The notes: generated from the letters alone by a model not told the origin. Numbered from the stretch's first letter, positions 36,826 to 50,565 are shown. The stretch is 64,000 nt of DNA from Lama guanicoe (GCA_013239625.1 MU054001.1:7336174-7400173), one strand, 5' to 3'. A program made the numbers and translations.

Positions 36826-39800
36826 GTGGTAATAAACACACATCTGTCATTCATTATTGTAAATGTTAATGGACTAAATGCTCCAGTCAAAGACATAGAG
36901 TGGCAGACTGGATAATAAAGCAAGAACCTTTAAATGCTGCATACAAGAGACTCACCTGAGGGAGAAGGACACATATAGATTGAGAGTGAAAGGATGGAAA
37001 AGGATAGTCCATGCAAATGGAAAAGCCAAAAGAGCAGGTGTAGCAGTACTGATTTCAGACAAAATAGACTTTAAAACAAAGGCCATAAAGAAAGATAAAG
37101 AGGGACATTTTATAATGATTAAAGGAGTGATACAAGATGAGTATATTACACTCATTAATATATATACACCCAATATAGGAGCATCTAAGTACATAAAACA
37201 ATTACTGACAGAGTTAAAGGGGGATATTGATGAGAGTACAATCATAGTTGGGGATTTTAACACTGCATTAACATCACTAGGCAGATCTTCCAGACGGAAA
37301 ATAAATAAGGCAACAGATGAATTAAATGATACAATAGTACAATTAAAGTTGGATATACATTCTTTTCAAGTGCACATAGGAGATTTTCTAGGATTGATTA
37401 TGTACTTGGGCACAAAATAAGCCTCAAGAATTTTAAGAAGATAGAAATTATCTCAAGCATCTTTACTGACCACAATGCCATGGAACTAGAAATGAACTAC
37501 AGAGAAACAAAGGAGAAAAAAGGGAAAGCATGGGGATTAAACAACATGCTATTAAGAAATCAATGGGTCAAAGATGAAATCAAATTTGAAATTAAAAAAT
37601 AACTGGAGACAAGTGAAAATGAAAAGATAACCATACAAAATTTATGGGACACAGCAAAGGCAGTGCTAAGAGGGAAGTTTATAGAAATACAGGCCTTCCT
37701 GAAAAAAGAAGAACAATCTCAAAGAAACAATCTAACCCACCAACTAAAAAAATTAGAAACAGAGGAGCAAAAAACCCCAAAAGTCAGCAGAAGGATGAAA
37801 TAATAAAGAACAGGGAGGAAATAAACAAAATATAGATTAAAAAACATAGAAAAATATCAATCAAACCAAAAGGTGGTTTTTCAAAAAAGTAAATAAAATC
37901 AACAAACCTCTGGCCAAATTCAAAAAAAGAAAAAAGGGAGAACACAAATAAGCCAAATAAGAAAGGAAAAAGGAGAGATTACAAATGACATACAAATATA
38001 GAATATCAAAAAGAATATCATGAAAAACTATAAGGAACCAAAATGTATAACCTAGAGGAGATGGAGAAATTTCTGGAAACATACAGTCCACCAAGACTGA
38101 AGTAAGAAGAAACAGACCACTTGAACAAATCGATCACTAGAAATGAAATTGAATTAGGCATAAAAAACCTCCCTCCAAATAAAAGTCCAGGACCAGATGG
38201 CTTCACAGGGGAATTCTACCAAACATACAAAGAAGAAATCATACCAGCCCTTCTAAAACTGTTCCAGAACATTGAAAAGGAGGGAATACTCCCAAACTCA
38301 TTCTAAGAAGCCATCATCACCCTGATACCAAAACCAGGCAAAGACGCTACCAAAAAAGAGAAATATAGGCCAATATCACTGACAAACATAGATGCAAAAA
38401 ACCTCACCAAAATATTAGCAAATAGAATCCAGCAACACATTAAAAGAATTATACATCATGTCCGAGTGGGGTTCATCCCAGGGACATAAGGGTGGTTCAA
38501 TGTATGCAAATCAATCAACGTAATATATCACATCAACAAGAGAAAGGACAAAACCACATGATCAGCTCAATAGAAGCAGAAAAAGCATTTGATAAAATTC
38601 GACACCCATGTATGATAAAAACTCTCACCAAAGTCGGTATAGACGGAACATATCTCAAGACAATAAAAGCTATATGGGAGACATACAGTCAGCATAGTAC
38701 TCAACAGTGAAAAACTCAAAAGCTTCCCTCTAGAATCTGGGACAAGACAAGGATGACCACTATCACCACTCTTATTCAACATCATCTTGGTTGTCGTAGC
38801 CAAAGCAATCAGGCAAGAGAGAGAAATAAAAGGGATCCAAATTGGAAAAGAAGAGGTAAAAGTGACACTGTATGCTGATGACATGTTACCATATATAGAA
38901 AACCCTAAAAGGTCCACACAAAAGCTCCTAGATGTTATTAAAGTATTCAGCAAGGTAGCAGGTTACAAGATTAATGTTCAAAAATCAGTTGCATTTCTTT
39001 ACACTAACAATGAATCAATAGAAAAAGAAAATAAAGAAATAATCCACTTTAAAATAGCACCCAAAGTAATAAAATACCTAGGAATGAATCTAACCAAGGA
39101 GGTGAAAGAATTATACACAGAAAGCTATAAACCGTTGTAGAAGGAAATTAAAGAAGACTTTAAAAAATGAAAAGATAGCCCATGCTCTTGGATTGGGAGA
39201 ATCAATATTGTTAAAGTGCTCACACTGCCCAAGGAAATCTACAGATTTGATGCAATCCCTATCAATTTACCCAGGACATATTTCACAGAACTAGAACAAA
39301 TCATAATAAAATTTATATGGAAATACAAAATACCTAGAACTGCCAAAGCATTACTGAAGAAAAAGAAAGAGGCTGGAAGAATAACTCCCAGATTTCAGAT
39401 AATACTATGGAGCTACAGTCATCAAGACAGCATGGTATTGGTACAAAAACAGACATATAGACCAATGGAACAGAATAGAGAGCCCAGAGATGAACCCACA
39501 AACTTTTGGTCAACTAATCTTCGACAAAGGAAGCAAGAATATACAATGGAATAAAGAGAGTCTCTTCAGCAAATGGTGTTGGGAAAACTGGACCACAGCA
39601 TGTAAAACAATGAAGCTACACACTCCCTTCCACCATACACAAAAATCAACTCAAAATGGATCAGAGTCTTAAACATAAGACAAGATACAGTAAACCTCCT
39701 AGAAGAAAATATAGGCAAAACATTATCTGACATAAATCTCAAATATGTTCTCCTAGGACAGTCTACTCAAGCAACAGAAATAAAAGCAAGAATGAACAAA

Positions 39801-40568
39801 TGAGACCTAATGAAACCTACAAGCTTCTGCACAGCAAAGGGATCCATAAGGAAAACAAAAAGACAACCTATGGAATGGGAGAAAATTTTTACAAATGAAA
39901 CTGACAAAGGCTTGATCTCCAGAATATATAAGCAGCTCATATGACTTAATAAGAAAGAAAGAAACAACCCAATCCACAAATGGGCAGAAGACCTAGACAA
40001 GCAATTCTCCAAGGAAGAAATGCAAAAGATCAATAGGCACATGAAAAAATGCTCAATGTGACTAATTGTCAGAGAAATGTAAATCGAAAGTACAAGGAGG
40101 TATCACCTCACATGAGTCAGAATGACCATCATTCAAAAGTCCACAAGTCACAAATGCTGGAGAGGCTGTGGAGAAAAGGGAACACTCCTGCACTGCTGGT
40201 GGGAATGCAGTTTGGTGCAGCCACTGTGGAAAACAGTATGGAGATTTCTCAAAAGACTAAGAATAGACTTAACATATGACCCAGGAATCCCGCTCCTGGG
40301 TATATATCCAGAAATAACCCTACTTAAAAATGACACCTGCACCCCAATGTTCATAGCAACACTATTGACAATAGCCAATACATGGAAACAGCCTAAATGT
40401 CCATTGACAGATGATTGGATAAAGAAGAAATGGTATACTACTCAGCCATAAACTCTGACTACATAATGCCATTTGCAGGAACGTTTCCTGGAAAATGTCA
40501 TTCTAAATGAAGGAAGCCAGAAAGAGAAAGAAAAATACCATATGAGATTGCTCATATGTGGAATCTAA
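36826..40568 (+). pseudogene. L1-D ORF2p, heavily disrupted
   Basis: Fragments 36980-37420 (GDFN), 38121-38306 (PGPDGF), 38787-39140 (YADD) and 40122-40451 ([18 protein letters not shown]). The start ATG is changed to GTG. Confidence 0.9.
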
Positions 40569-42524
40569 ATAAATAACAAAACATAAATACAAAAAGGAAA
40601 CAGACTCATAGACATAGAATACAAACTTGTGGTTGCCAAGGGGGTGAGGGGGGGTGGGAAGTGACAGACTGGGATTTCAAAATGTCAAATAGATAAACAA
40701 GATTATACTGTATAGCACAGGGAAATATATAGAAGATCTTATTGCAGGTCACAGAGAAAAAATGTGACAATGTATATATATTTTTTTATGTATAACTGAA
40801 ATGTTGTGCTCTACACTGGAAATTGACACAGCATTGTAAAATGATTATAATTCAATAAGAAATGTTCAAAAAAGAGTGAAAAATAGAACTAGTAAAAAAA
40901 TATATCCATAAAAAATAAATAAAAGTTCTAAATTTAAAAAAATAACTTGAAGGGAAAGGTAGGGGAAGAGTTGAGGGACTCACAGGAACAAGAAAAGTAA
41001 GAAAGTAAGAAAAGCCTGTAAAATGCCTCTATTTAATTTACCAGGAACTAGAAACTGGACAGGGGAAACAGTGAGTTAAAGGGTAGGGTGTGATGCTTTC
41101 TTTATGTCCTGTGACTAAAAAAACAAAACCCATGAAATCTGGAAAAGTGATTCCCTGCTGAGGAATGATTTAGTTCATGTGCTCAAAGGTCATGATGGAT
41201 TTGTTATTATTGTTGTCATTCTTACCTAGTGCATTTTTTGTCAGTGTGAGCAATTGTCCATATAGTACACCCATCATTGCTTATCAACTTAGTCCTTTTC
41301 AACTTGGGAAATAAAAACAAAAAACAAAAGGCCAACTCATTCTTCTCCTCTTAGAAATAGACCAAAAGTGGTAGCCTTGAAAACAAGGTGTTCATGCCAC
41401 AGCATTTTGGTCTGGGCTCTTTGCACGCTCTGGCTTGGCACTTCAGGCTCCAGGAAAGGATCTGAAATTTTTGTGAGAGCAGAATCTGGGCAAAACTTCT
41501 GTATTTTCTATCTGCAGCCTCCCCTGGGAGCAGACAACACTGCTGGGAAGTAACAGCTTGGAGCCATCATCACTGGATGTTCCTTGTGCAGCCAGGCAGC
41601 CTTGATTTGAGCATGATTTGGTATCTGTCCTGCCCCCTCTAGAGACAGTGGGAGATTTCTGGACATAGTCAAAGTTGGGATCTGTGTGTGGAGAGACAGG
41701 AAATTAGTCTTGGAGATGTTGACTTATTGGTGATGCCCATGAATAATCAGGAAACTTCTTTCTGTCCCTCCATTGCCCTCTAATGATGGTGCCATGAGCA
41801 TTCAGGAAAATGTGTGGAGTGAGGTGATCCCTCCTGCACAACAGTGTGATTCTCCCCTCCTTTTCTTCCTTCCCTATTGACTTCCCACCCCTCTCCAAAC
41901 AGAAGCTGTCAACTCAGTGATCTCTGCTAAGGAAGGAATGGTCAGTGGTTCTGGAATGGCCAGTGTGGTCAGCTCAGGGAACAATTTTCTTGGATTCTCC
42001 AAGCTCAAGTAGAGAAGCAGCATCAGGGTGAAATTCTGGGTGAAAAGCTGATAACTCAGAGAAACAGTCTCAGTGGAGACACTGTGGGAGTATGAGATAC
42101 TTCATTTTGCTGTGAGTAACAGCAAGGGGCTTTAACTGTTTTATGGGTTCTGCATGAGTTACGTATTTTCTGCTTCTAAAGCATTTGACAAGTTTTAAAT
42201 GCATCAAACCAAGCAGATTTGTTGTGAAGTGCGGCGCATATATGCTGAGTATTTTAGTAGAATCATAGCCACCAGGAATGCTTTTCTTCTGATGTGAAAA
42301 TACAAAGACAAATACCTCTTCTTTCCTTTCACCACAGTCCCCAGCACAGAGATCTCTGGATTCACATAATATAAAGATGAATTTGTGCATCTGGCAATCA
42401 CACCATACCAATTTCTCAACTTCATCTTTTTTTTTTTTCTGCCAGACTCAGCACTCGAGGACTCTTAGAAATGAAGTGACCTAAAATGATGATTACCACT
42501 AACCACTCTGAGGAATTTCATTTA

Positions 42525-42685
42525 TATCCTTCCTGCCCAAATGGTGGTCTTTGAATGGCAGATCACATGGAAGCTTGTTGACAATGCAGAATCTCATCTC
42601 CACCCCACATCTAGCCAATCAGAATCTGCATTTTAATAAGGCCACCAGGTGAGTCAGCAGCACACTGAAGTTTGAGAAGCTACTT
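42525..42685 (+). mobile_element. MER5A-like hAT relic
   Basis: 'atcacatggaagcttgttgacaatgcagaatctc...aatcagaatctgcattttaataag...caggtga...cacactgaagtttgagaagc'. Confidence 0.7.
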
Positions 42686-42884
42686 TTCAGCTCTGTCAGA
42701 TGCCACCCACATCGCACAAAGGCAGACAGCTCTTCAAAACCTTTTAATTCACTAGCTGTCTTTGAGCTTTCTGAAGCAACATGTAGTATGTCAGCCCCTT
42801 CAAAAGCTATTTATTGAATCCTTCTTAAAAATGGACACTTATATAAGATCATATATTTCTTTTTTCTTTTCTTCTTATTTTTAA

Positions 42885-43465
42885 ACCAGATGATCCAGCA
42901 ATACCAATTCTGGGTCTTTACCCAAAAGAATTGAAATCATGATCTTGAAGAGATACTAACCCTCTAATGTTCATTGCAGCACTATTCACAGCAGCCAAGA
43001 CGTGGAAACAACCTAAATATCCATTAGCAGATGAACGGATAAAGAAAACATCATATGTACATATGTAGAATACCTCAAATATTATTCAGTCTTAAAAAAG
43101 GAGGGAAGTTCTACAACATGCAAAGACATGGATGAGCCTTGAGCACATTATGCTAAGTTAAATAAGCCAGTCTCAGAAGGACAAATACTGTGTGACTCCA
43201 CTTACATAAAGTATCTAAACAGTCAAATTCATAGAATCGAAGAGTAGAATGGTATTTTCCAGGGGCTGGGGTTGGGAGAAGGGAAATGGGGAGTTACTGA
43301 TCAACAGGCATAAAGTTTCAGTTATGCAAGATGAGTAAGTTCTAGAGATCTGCTGTACAACATAGTGCCTATCGTTAGCAGTACTGCATTGTACATTTAT
43401 GGGTTTGTTAAGAGGATAGATATCATGTTCAGTGTTCTTACCACAATACAACTAAATTTTAAAAA
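42885..43465 (+). mobile_element. Ancient eutherian L1 3' end (L1MA-like)
   Basis: 'gatccagcaataccaattctggg...aaagtttcagttatgcaagatgagtaagttctagagatctgctgtacaacatagtg...agtgttcttaccacaat'. Confidence 0.75.
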
Positions 43466-46400
43466 TCACATATATCTAATGCAGCCTGAAAAAATAGTAA
43501 TTTAGGGGGATGTCTAGTTCTGTGGTCTACATAGAATTGCCTGGAAGTCTCTGGTTTGAGTTTGGCCTCTGCCACTAGCTAGCTGTGTGAGTCGATGGGT
43601 GGGGAGAGGGGCAAATTCTTTACTTCTTCGGGCATCTTCATCTAAAATGAGGCCATTGAAGTACATCACTAAGGTCCCTGTATGTTCTACATTTTATTTC
43701 AGATGCTATGGAAGGAAGGAAAAGGATCCCCCACCACTGGTGTACCCCCAGTTCCTTTCCACTAGGCCCCTGGGTGTCAGGCTCATTCGAGAGCTCTGGT
43801 GTAGGTACTGTAGTGCAAAAGAGACTAGAGAACAAAGAGACTCTGCCTTCATGGAGCTTCCACTCTAGGAAGGAAAGACTAGAAATGGAGGGGTCCTGAC
43901 ATGAAGTCTAGCAGGTCTCTGTTCCACCTTCTGCAGCTCAGATGGGGGAGTCAGGAGAGAGGGATTTGCTGCTTCAGTCTATCAGTCGTTTCGCTTCTAG
44001 GTTTTGCAAGCAGCTTCTTAAGAATGAGGGGATGAATAAAATAAAAGAAAAGCTTTTGTTTGGAGCCAAGCCCACTCGTTCATTTAACACCAACCCCCCA
44101 AATAAGCAACTATGTCGCTTTTCCTTGGCAGCAAGAGGAGGAAAGAGGAGAGAAGCTGAGGATCTGCAGCACCAGGGAAGCAGTGTCTTCCACCCTGAGG
44201 ACAGCAGGAAAGAGCCTGAGGGAATTGTGATTTACAGAGGTTCTGGCACCTGTTCACTCCATGAACACCCTGGAAACCAAGCTCTGCTTTAAATGGAAAA
44301 TGTATGTTTAAGGGCAACTGGGGGAGTGGATGCTGCCCCGGTGCAGGGTCAGGGTGAGGGCTCTAGGCATGACTCACTGACATTTCTTGAGCAGGCTCTT
44401 TCAAGAATCTCTGCCACAACCAGCAGCCAGAATCAGAGGATAGATTTCCTGTAGGATGCCTGCCGTTCTGCTGGTGCAGGAAGCCAGCTGCAGGAGGAAA
44501 CGATACTTTGTGTAAGCTCTGTGATGCAGAGGCACCTCTGGAATATTTCTGTGGAAAGCCTGTGTCCTTTCTTTCAGGCAACCCCAGCTTAATGCAGCCT
44601 TTAGTCCCAGGGACCCCACTGGGACACAAATTCCTCTGTTTGGCCAGGAATCCAACCATCCTGGAGGTTCCAGGAGCTTCTCACTGTGACTTAACAATGC
44701 TGCTGACCGTCCACCAAGCTCAGGACCTCCTCACTTGTAGCTGCCTGGCCTACAGAGGATCTAGTCCTCTACACTCCCTTCCCAGTATCTTGGCTGTCCA
44801 CCTAGGTCCTTAGTGACCAAGGAGGAGGCTGGAGCTTTGGAAGGATTTTAAGCCCTGCCAACCCTTTGCATCAGCTAGGATTCTGGGCTGCCTGCAATAG
44901 CAAGCAACTTTGGCCTTTTTGTACAGAAGTATATTTATGTGAAAGTTACAAGATGGCAGGAGCTGTTCTGTCTGAAGCATGAATGCCATAGACTCCACCA
45001 TGGCCACAATGAATGACCTGCAACCATTTATATTTTTTCAACACTTTTCAAGATTCAAGATCTAGGGAGAGAGCATGCCTTCACTACCCCAGGGTAAGAC
45101 TGGCTCTCTTAGTTTTCTGATGAAAAGTGATCATCTGGAATTATTTTTCAATAGGACTGTCTCCAGTTGGGGGGAGCAGAAGGTGTTTTCCTGGTATGAA
45201 AGTGGTGGACCTTAATGAGAAAGGATGGATGGCAGTTAGCCAAAACTGATGGATGTCCTCCTAGCCTCCATCTTGCAAAAGACTATCCAAAAAATTACGA
45301 TGAGAGGGGTCTAACACTGCCAGTTTATTCCTCTTTGTCTTTTTTATCTTGTTGCCTTTATATACCAGATAGAGGAACTCCCCAACCTGGATTAGCACGT
45401 AGGGACCACTCCCAGCCCCGCCATCTCTCAGCTCAGTGTCCTTGCTGTCAAGTGGGGCTACTCCTGTCAACCTTGCAGGGTTGCTGTGAGCACTGGGTGA
45501 GGAAATGAGTGTGAACATCCTTGAAGATCAGAGCTCACCCGGTAATTGAGATACTCAGCTTGCTCTGAATGGGCCAGCTGTGCCTGATCAGCAGCTTTTC
45601 ATCCCCTCCTGTCCTCCCTCCCCTTTCACTTGCTTTTGCTCTGGTGTAGTTAGTTTCACTCCGCGTTATTCCTCTGAGGGAGGGTTGGGCTTTCAGGTGG
45701 CAGAATTTCCTCCTTTGTTCCCTGGCAGGCTCACATCTGGTCCTCTGTGTTTCCCTGGGGGCTTCTGCCTTCTTCATTTGGATTCCATGTGCAGCTGTGG
45801 GGGAAAACAGGATGAGGGTGGGGGGTCACCCTCTGATGGTGGTCTTCCCTTGGCACCTACAGAGGACCAGGGTATCTCCCCTCATCCAGCTTGAGCAGAA
45901 TCAATTCAACCCACTGTCACTCCAGGAAATTTTCCTCTTCTTCCTCCACTTCCTCCTCCTTTTCCTCCTCCTTCTTCTAAGCGTGACTGTGTTGGAACAA
46001 CTGAGACCCAAGGGATGGAGTATGACGTTGCCTGCATCTTGTCCAAAGCTCTGGTTGTGACACATCTTTCTAGTCTATTCATCCTACTCTGACAAGATGT
46101 CCAAAATGTCATTTAGCTGTAATAGTAGCAGACTGAGATTTTCATTGGAAAGAACCATGAGAAAATCACACCCTAAATCCTCGAAAAGAACACCCAACAA
46201 TAAAATATTATTAAAAATTGATATAGATAGCTACAAATGACTTAAGAATCTTCAAGTTTTAATTATTATTATGATTTTAATCTAAGAAGGTTCTTTTGGG
46301 AATTAATAGCTCTAGTGGTATAGTAATTTTTACTTGAAATTCATAAATTCTTTGAGTTTAATTCATTTTTCCTACTAAATTCAAGTAAAATAAAAATAAA

Positions 46401-47043
46401 AAAGGCATGTATTCATTTACTTCATACAAATGCAGTGCAATTGATTAATCTGTATATATGCAAAAGAGAAGGAGGCATTTTGAATGATATTCTTGTAATT
46501 TTAAAAATATTCACATTACTTTGATGATATCTTTGTTTGGGGGTTAGATTTGGGATAATTCTTTTACTTTCTTCTCTGTAGATTTGTCATTGCTTATATT
46601 CTTCAAAATAAACACAAACTGTTAAAAATAAAACAGGCAAATATAATGGTTGCTCTCAAAAACAGTGTCTTGAGGAAAAGGACTCTGGGTTAATTGGAGA
46701 ATCCACTGTAGAGATGAATAATTTAATGTGGACTCTTTGGATAACATACATGATTATTCATGTTTACCTTGACTATTTGAGTATGTCTATAAATCCTACT
46801 GGTTTATAACTCAGATATATATTTTTTAAGCTTAAAGACTTCCAATTTGGAAATTTCTCTGTATGTTAACATATGGCTATGTTGTCATTGAAGTATGACA
46901 CCATGATTTCTTTATTCATGTTGGGGTACAGAGCTGGTGATAAGGTTGGGGCAGAGGGTGAGCTCTTGTGTTAAAGGCAAATGAATTTATTATGCTCAGT
47001 CCTACCAGAGAAAAGCAAAAAGTGAATATACAATAAGGTAGTG

Positions 47044-48272
47044 CCCCTTTCTCCACAGCCACTCCAGCATTTGTCATTTGTGGATTTTTAAATGACGGCC
47101 ATTCTGACTGGTGTGAGGTGATACCTCATTGTAGTTTTGATTTGCATTTCTCTGATAATTAGTGATATTGAACATTTTTTCATCCTTGTATAATTNNNNN
47201 NNNNNNNNNNNNNNNCTGCCCATTTTTGGGTTGTTTATTTTTTCTTATTGAGTCGTATGAGCTGCTTATATATTCTGGAGATCAAGACTTTGTCGGTTTC
47301 ACTTGCAAAAATTTTCTCCCATTCCGTAGGTTTTCTTCTCCTTTTACTTCTGGTTTCCTTTGCTGTGCAGAAGCATGGAAGTTTCATTAGGTCCATTTGT
47401 TTATTCTTGCTTTTATTTCTTCTAGGAGAAAATTTTTGAAATGTATGTCAGATAATGTTTTGCCTATGTTTTCCTCTAGGAGGTTTATTGTATCTTGTCT
47501 TATGTTTAAGTCTTTAATCCATGTGGAGAAAGGGGAACCCTCCTACACTGCTGGTGGGAATGCAGTTTGGTGCAGCCACTATGGAAAACTGTGGAGAGTC
47601 CTTAAAAGACTAGGAGTAGACTTACCATATGACCCAGGAATCCCTCTCCTGGGCTTGTATCCAGAAGGAACCCTACTTCAGGATGACACCTGCACCCCAA
47701 TGTTCATAGCAGCACTGTTTACAATAGCCAAAACATGGAAACAGCCTAAATGTCCATCAACAGGTGACTGGATAAAGAAGATGTGGTATATTTATACAAC
47801 GGAATACAACTCAGCCATAAAAACCGACAACATAATGCCATTTGCAGCAACATGGATGCTCCTGGAGAATGTCATTCTCAGTGAAGTAAGCCAGAAAGAG
47901 AAAGAAAAATACCATATGAGATTGCTCATATGTGGAATCTAAAAAACAAAAACAAAAACAAACAAACAAACAAAAACAAAGCATAAATACAGGACAGAAA
48001 TAGACTCATGGACAGAGAATACAGACTTGTGGTTACCAGGGGGGTAGAGGGTGGGAAGGGATAGACTGGGATTTCAAAATTGTAGAATAGATAAACAAGA
48101 TTACACTGTATAGCACAGGGAAATATACACAAAATGTTATGATAACTCAGAGAAAAAAATGTGACAATGAGTGTGTATATGTCCATGAATGACTGAAAAA
48201 TTGTGCTGAACACTGGAATTTGACACAATATTGTAAAATGATTATAAATCAATAAAAAATGTTTAAAAAAAC
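47044..48272 (+). mobile_element. Young 5'-inverted (twin-primed) L1: inverted 47044-47522, sense 47522-48272
   Basis: Perfect 13-bp TSD caataaggtagtg at 47031-47043 and 48273-48285. Strand switch at taatccat|gtggagaaagggg. 3'UTR of the A/C subfamily. Confidence 0.93.
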
Positions 48273-48845
48273 CAATAAGGTAGTGATTTGCAGGAGAAGC
48301 TGATAGTCTCCAATCTGTGACAGCAAGCTTAACCCTGGGACTTAAGGCTCTGTTTCTATGCCTCCACCACCTCCAGTTTTGGGCTTGATATCATGACAGT
48401 CCCATACTTTTAGATTCTCTCTTCTTCAAGTTATTTGGGGGGAGGGCGTGGTGGCAATTTTTCTACTCTCAGTCAGGGAGTGTGGGCTAAGAGCAAGTGG
48501 GTTGTTGGGAGAGGCAAGCCTGGGAAAACAGCAGGGTAATAGGCTGATCTTCCTAATCCCAGCCCCTGCTACTGAAATGCCCTGAGCAAAATTGAGAATG
48601 TAGTGCCCTCTATAGAAGCGGATGGTTTTAAAATTTAATTGATTTGGGCAAGTTACATTTGTCCAATCTATGACTGCATTCTGACCCAAACCCAGACATT
48701 TCTGCCACCCTAAGCACCAATGTTTAACCAGAGCTTTCTAAATTTATGCCAAAAAAGAATAAATGACTCAAGTCCATTTTTACTGAAATTATGGGAAATC
48801 TTTTAAATTGATTGCCATAAAGAAATCAAAGAATGCATGTATTTT

Positions 48846-49929
48846 TTCTTTTTTTTAAGTTGAAGTATAATTGATTTACAATGTTGTGTTATTTTCTAAG
48901 GTAGCATGGTCTTTGTCATTATACATTATTATTATTATTACATTATTATTACATTATTACATTATTATTATATACATTATTACAAGGTATTGGATATACT
49001 TTCTTGTACTATGCAGTAGGACCTTGTTGTTAATCTATTTTATGCATAATAATTAGTATCTGAAAATCCCAGAGTCCCAACTTGTTCCTCTATACCCTTC
49101 CCCCCCAGTAACCATAAGTATGTTTTCTATAACTGTGAATCTGTTTCTGTTTTGTAAATAAGTTCATTTGTGTCATTTTTTTAAGATTCCACATATGAGT
49201 TATATCATATGGTATTTTTCTTTCTCTTTGTGGCTTACTTCACTGAGAATGACATTCTCCAGGAGCATCCATGTTGCTGCAAATGGCATTATGTTGTCAG
49301 TTTTTATGGCTGAGTAGTATTCCATTGTATAAATATACCACATCTTCTTTATCCAGTCACCTGTTGATGGACATTTAGGCTGTTCCCATGCTTTGGCTAT
49401 TGTAAACAGTGCTGCTATGAACATTGGGGTGCAGGTGTCATCCTGAAGTAGGGTTCCTTCTGGATACAAGCCCAGGAGAGGGATTCCTGGGTCATATGGT
49501 AAGTCTATTCCTAGTCTTTTGAGGAATCTCCACACTGTTTTCCATAGTGGCTGCACCAAACTGCATTCCCACCAGCAGTGTAGGAGGGTTCCCCTTTCTC
49601 CACAGCCTCTCCAGCATTTGTCATTTTTGGATTTTTGAATGATGGCCATTCTGACTGGTGTGAGGTGATACCTCATTGTAGTTTTTATTTGCATTTCTCT
49701 GATAATTAGTGATATTGAGCATTTTTTCATGTTCTTTTTGATCATTTGTATGTCTTCCTTGGAGAATTGCTTGTTTAGGTCTTCTGCCCATTTTTGGGTG
49801 TCTTTTTGAATTACAGTTTCCTCCTGATATATGTCCAGGAGTGGAATTGCTGGATCATGGGGTAAGTGTATTTTAAGTTTTTTAAGGAATCTCTGTACTG
49901 TTATCCATAGTGGCTGCACCAAACTACAG
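48846..49929 (-). mobile_element. Chimeric L1: old 3' fragment containing a young ORF2 segment (~49200-49797)
   Basis: Degenerate TSD gaatgcatgt (48831) / gaatacatgt (49930). ORF 49200-49937 contains the LVQPLW block twice, in an old and a young version. Confidence 0.85.
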
Positions 49930-50565
49930 GAATACATGTTTTTTTATTTATAAATATGTGTACATTTATGAGAATATTATGTATACATATATGTATATAT
50001 TTCTCTTATTCATGTGAGAAATATGTGGTATTACTTTGTGTGTACTTTTTAATATAAATTTTATCATACTATATAGTTGTAGAAATGCATCTAAAGAGGT
50101 CTGCAAATCTCATGTCTTAACAATGTGTCCCTCAGGGAGAAGGGAGGGGACCAAGGTTGATCTTGGGGAGCAAAAGGACATCTGTGATGTTCTCTCCTCT
50201 CTTCCTCTCCCTCCTTTCTTTCCCTTTGTTTTTCCTTTTATGAAATAGGGTCATACTTTACTTCCACAACTTAAAATTACTTTTAAAGATTTAGGAATAA
50301 TACTCTCTAGAAAGTCTAGTTATACACTTAATGATTACTTAGTCAGATTGCTTCTTTGGTTGTTTGAAAAACTGATGTATGAAAAGTACCTATGCTTTTT
50401 GATGAAGCTGATTCCATAAGATCACTGGGAGGAATTAAAATGTAAAATTACTGTTTGTTGATCTGGTGTTTTTATCTGAATCAATATTATTTGCAGCTGT
50501 GAAGAGTAATGAACCTGATCATGAATGGCACACAGTATTCACTCAAAAAAATGATCTTTAAGTGG

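Larger units (their letters stand above)
33606..40872 (+). mobile_element. Full-length older LINE-1 'D'
   Basis: 5'UTR homologous to A and C but with CpG decay and a mutated YY1 site (aagatctc). ORF1 and ORF2 fragments. 3'UTR of the same type as L1-B. Confidence 0.93.

Noticed and set aside
11886..40378. Recurrent hydrophobic ORFs ([15 protein letters not shown]..., [11 protein letters not shown]..., MVVLSLS...)
   Set aside because: Antisense frames of A-rich L1 ORF1/ORF2. They recur only because the L1 copies are homologous.
41000..47000. Cluster of overlapping 60-116 aa ORFs in unique-looking DNA
   Set aside because: No domain similarity that I can recognise, and both strands are equally open. 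A small exon or enhancer cannot be excluded without alignment.
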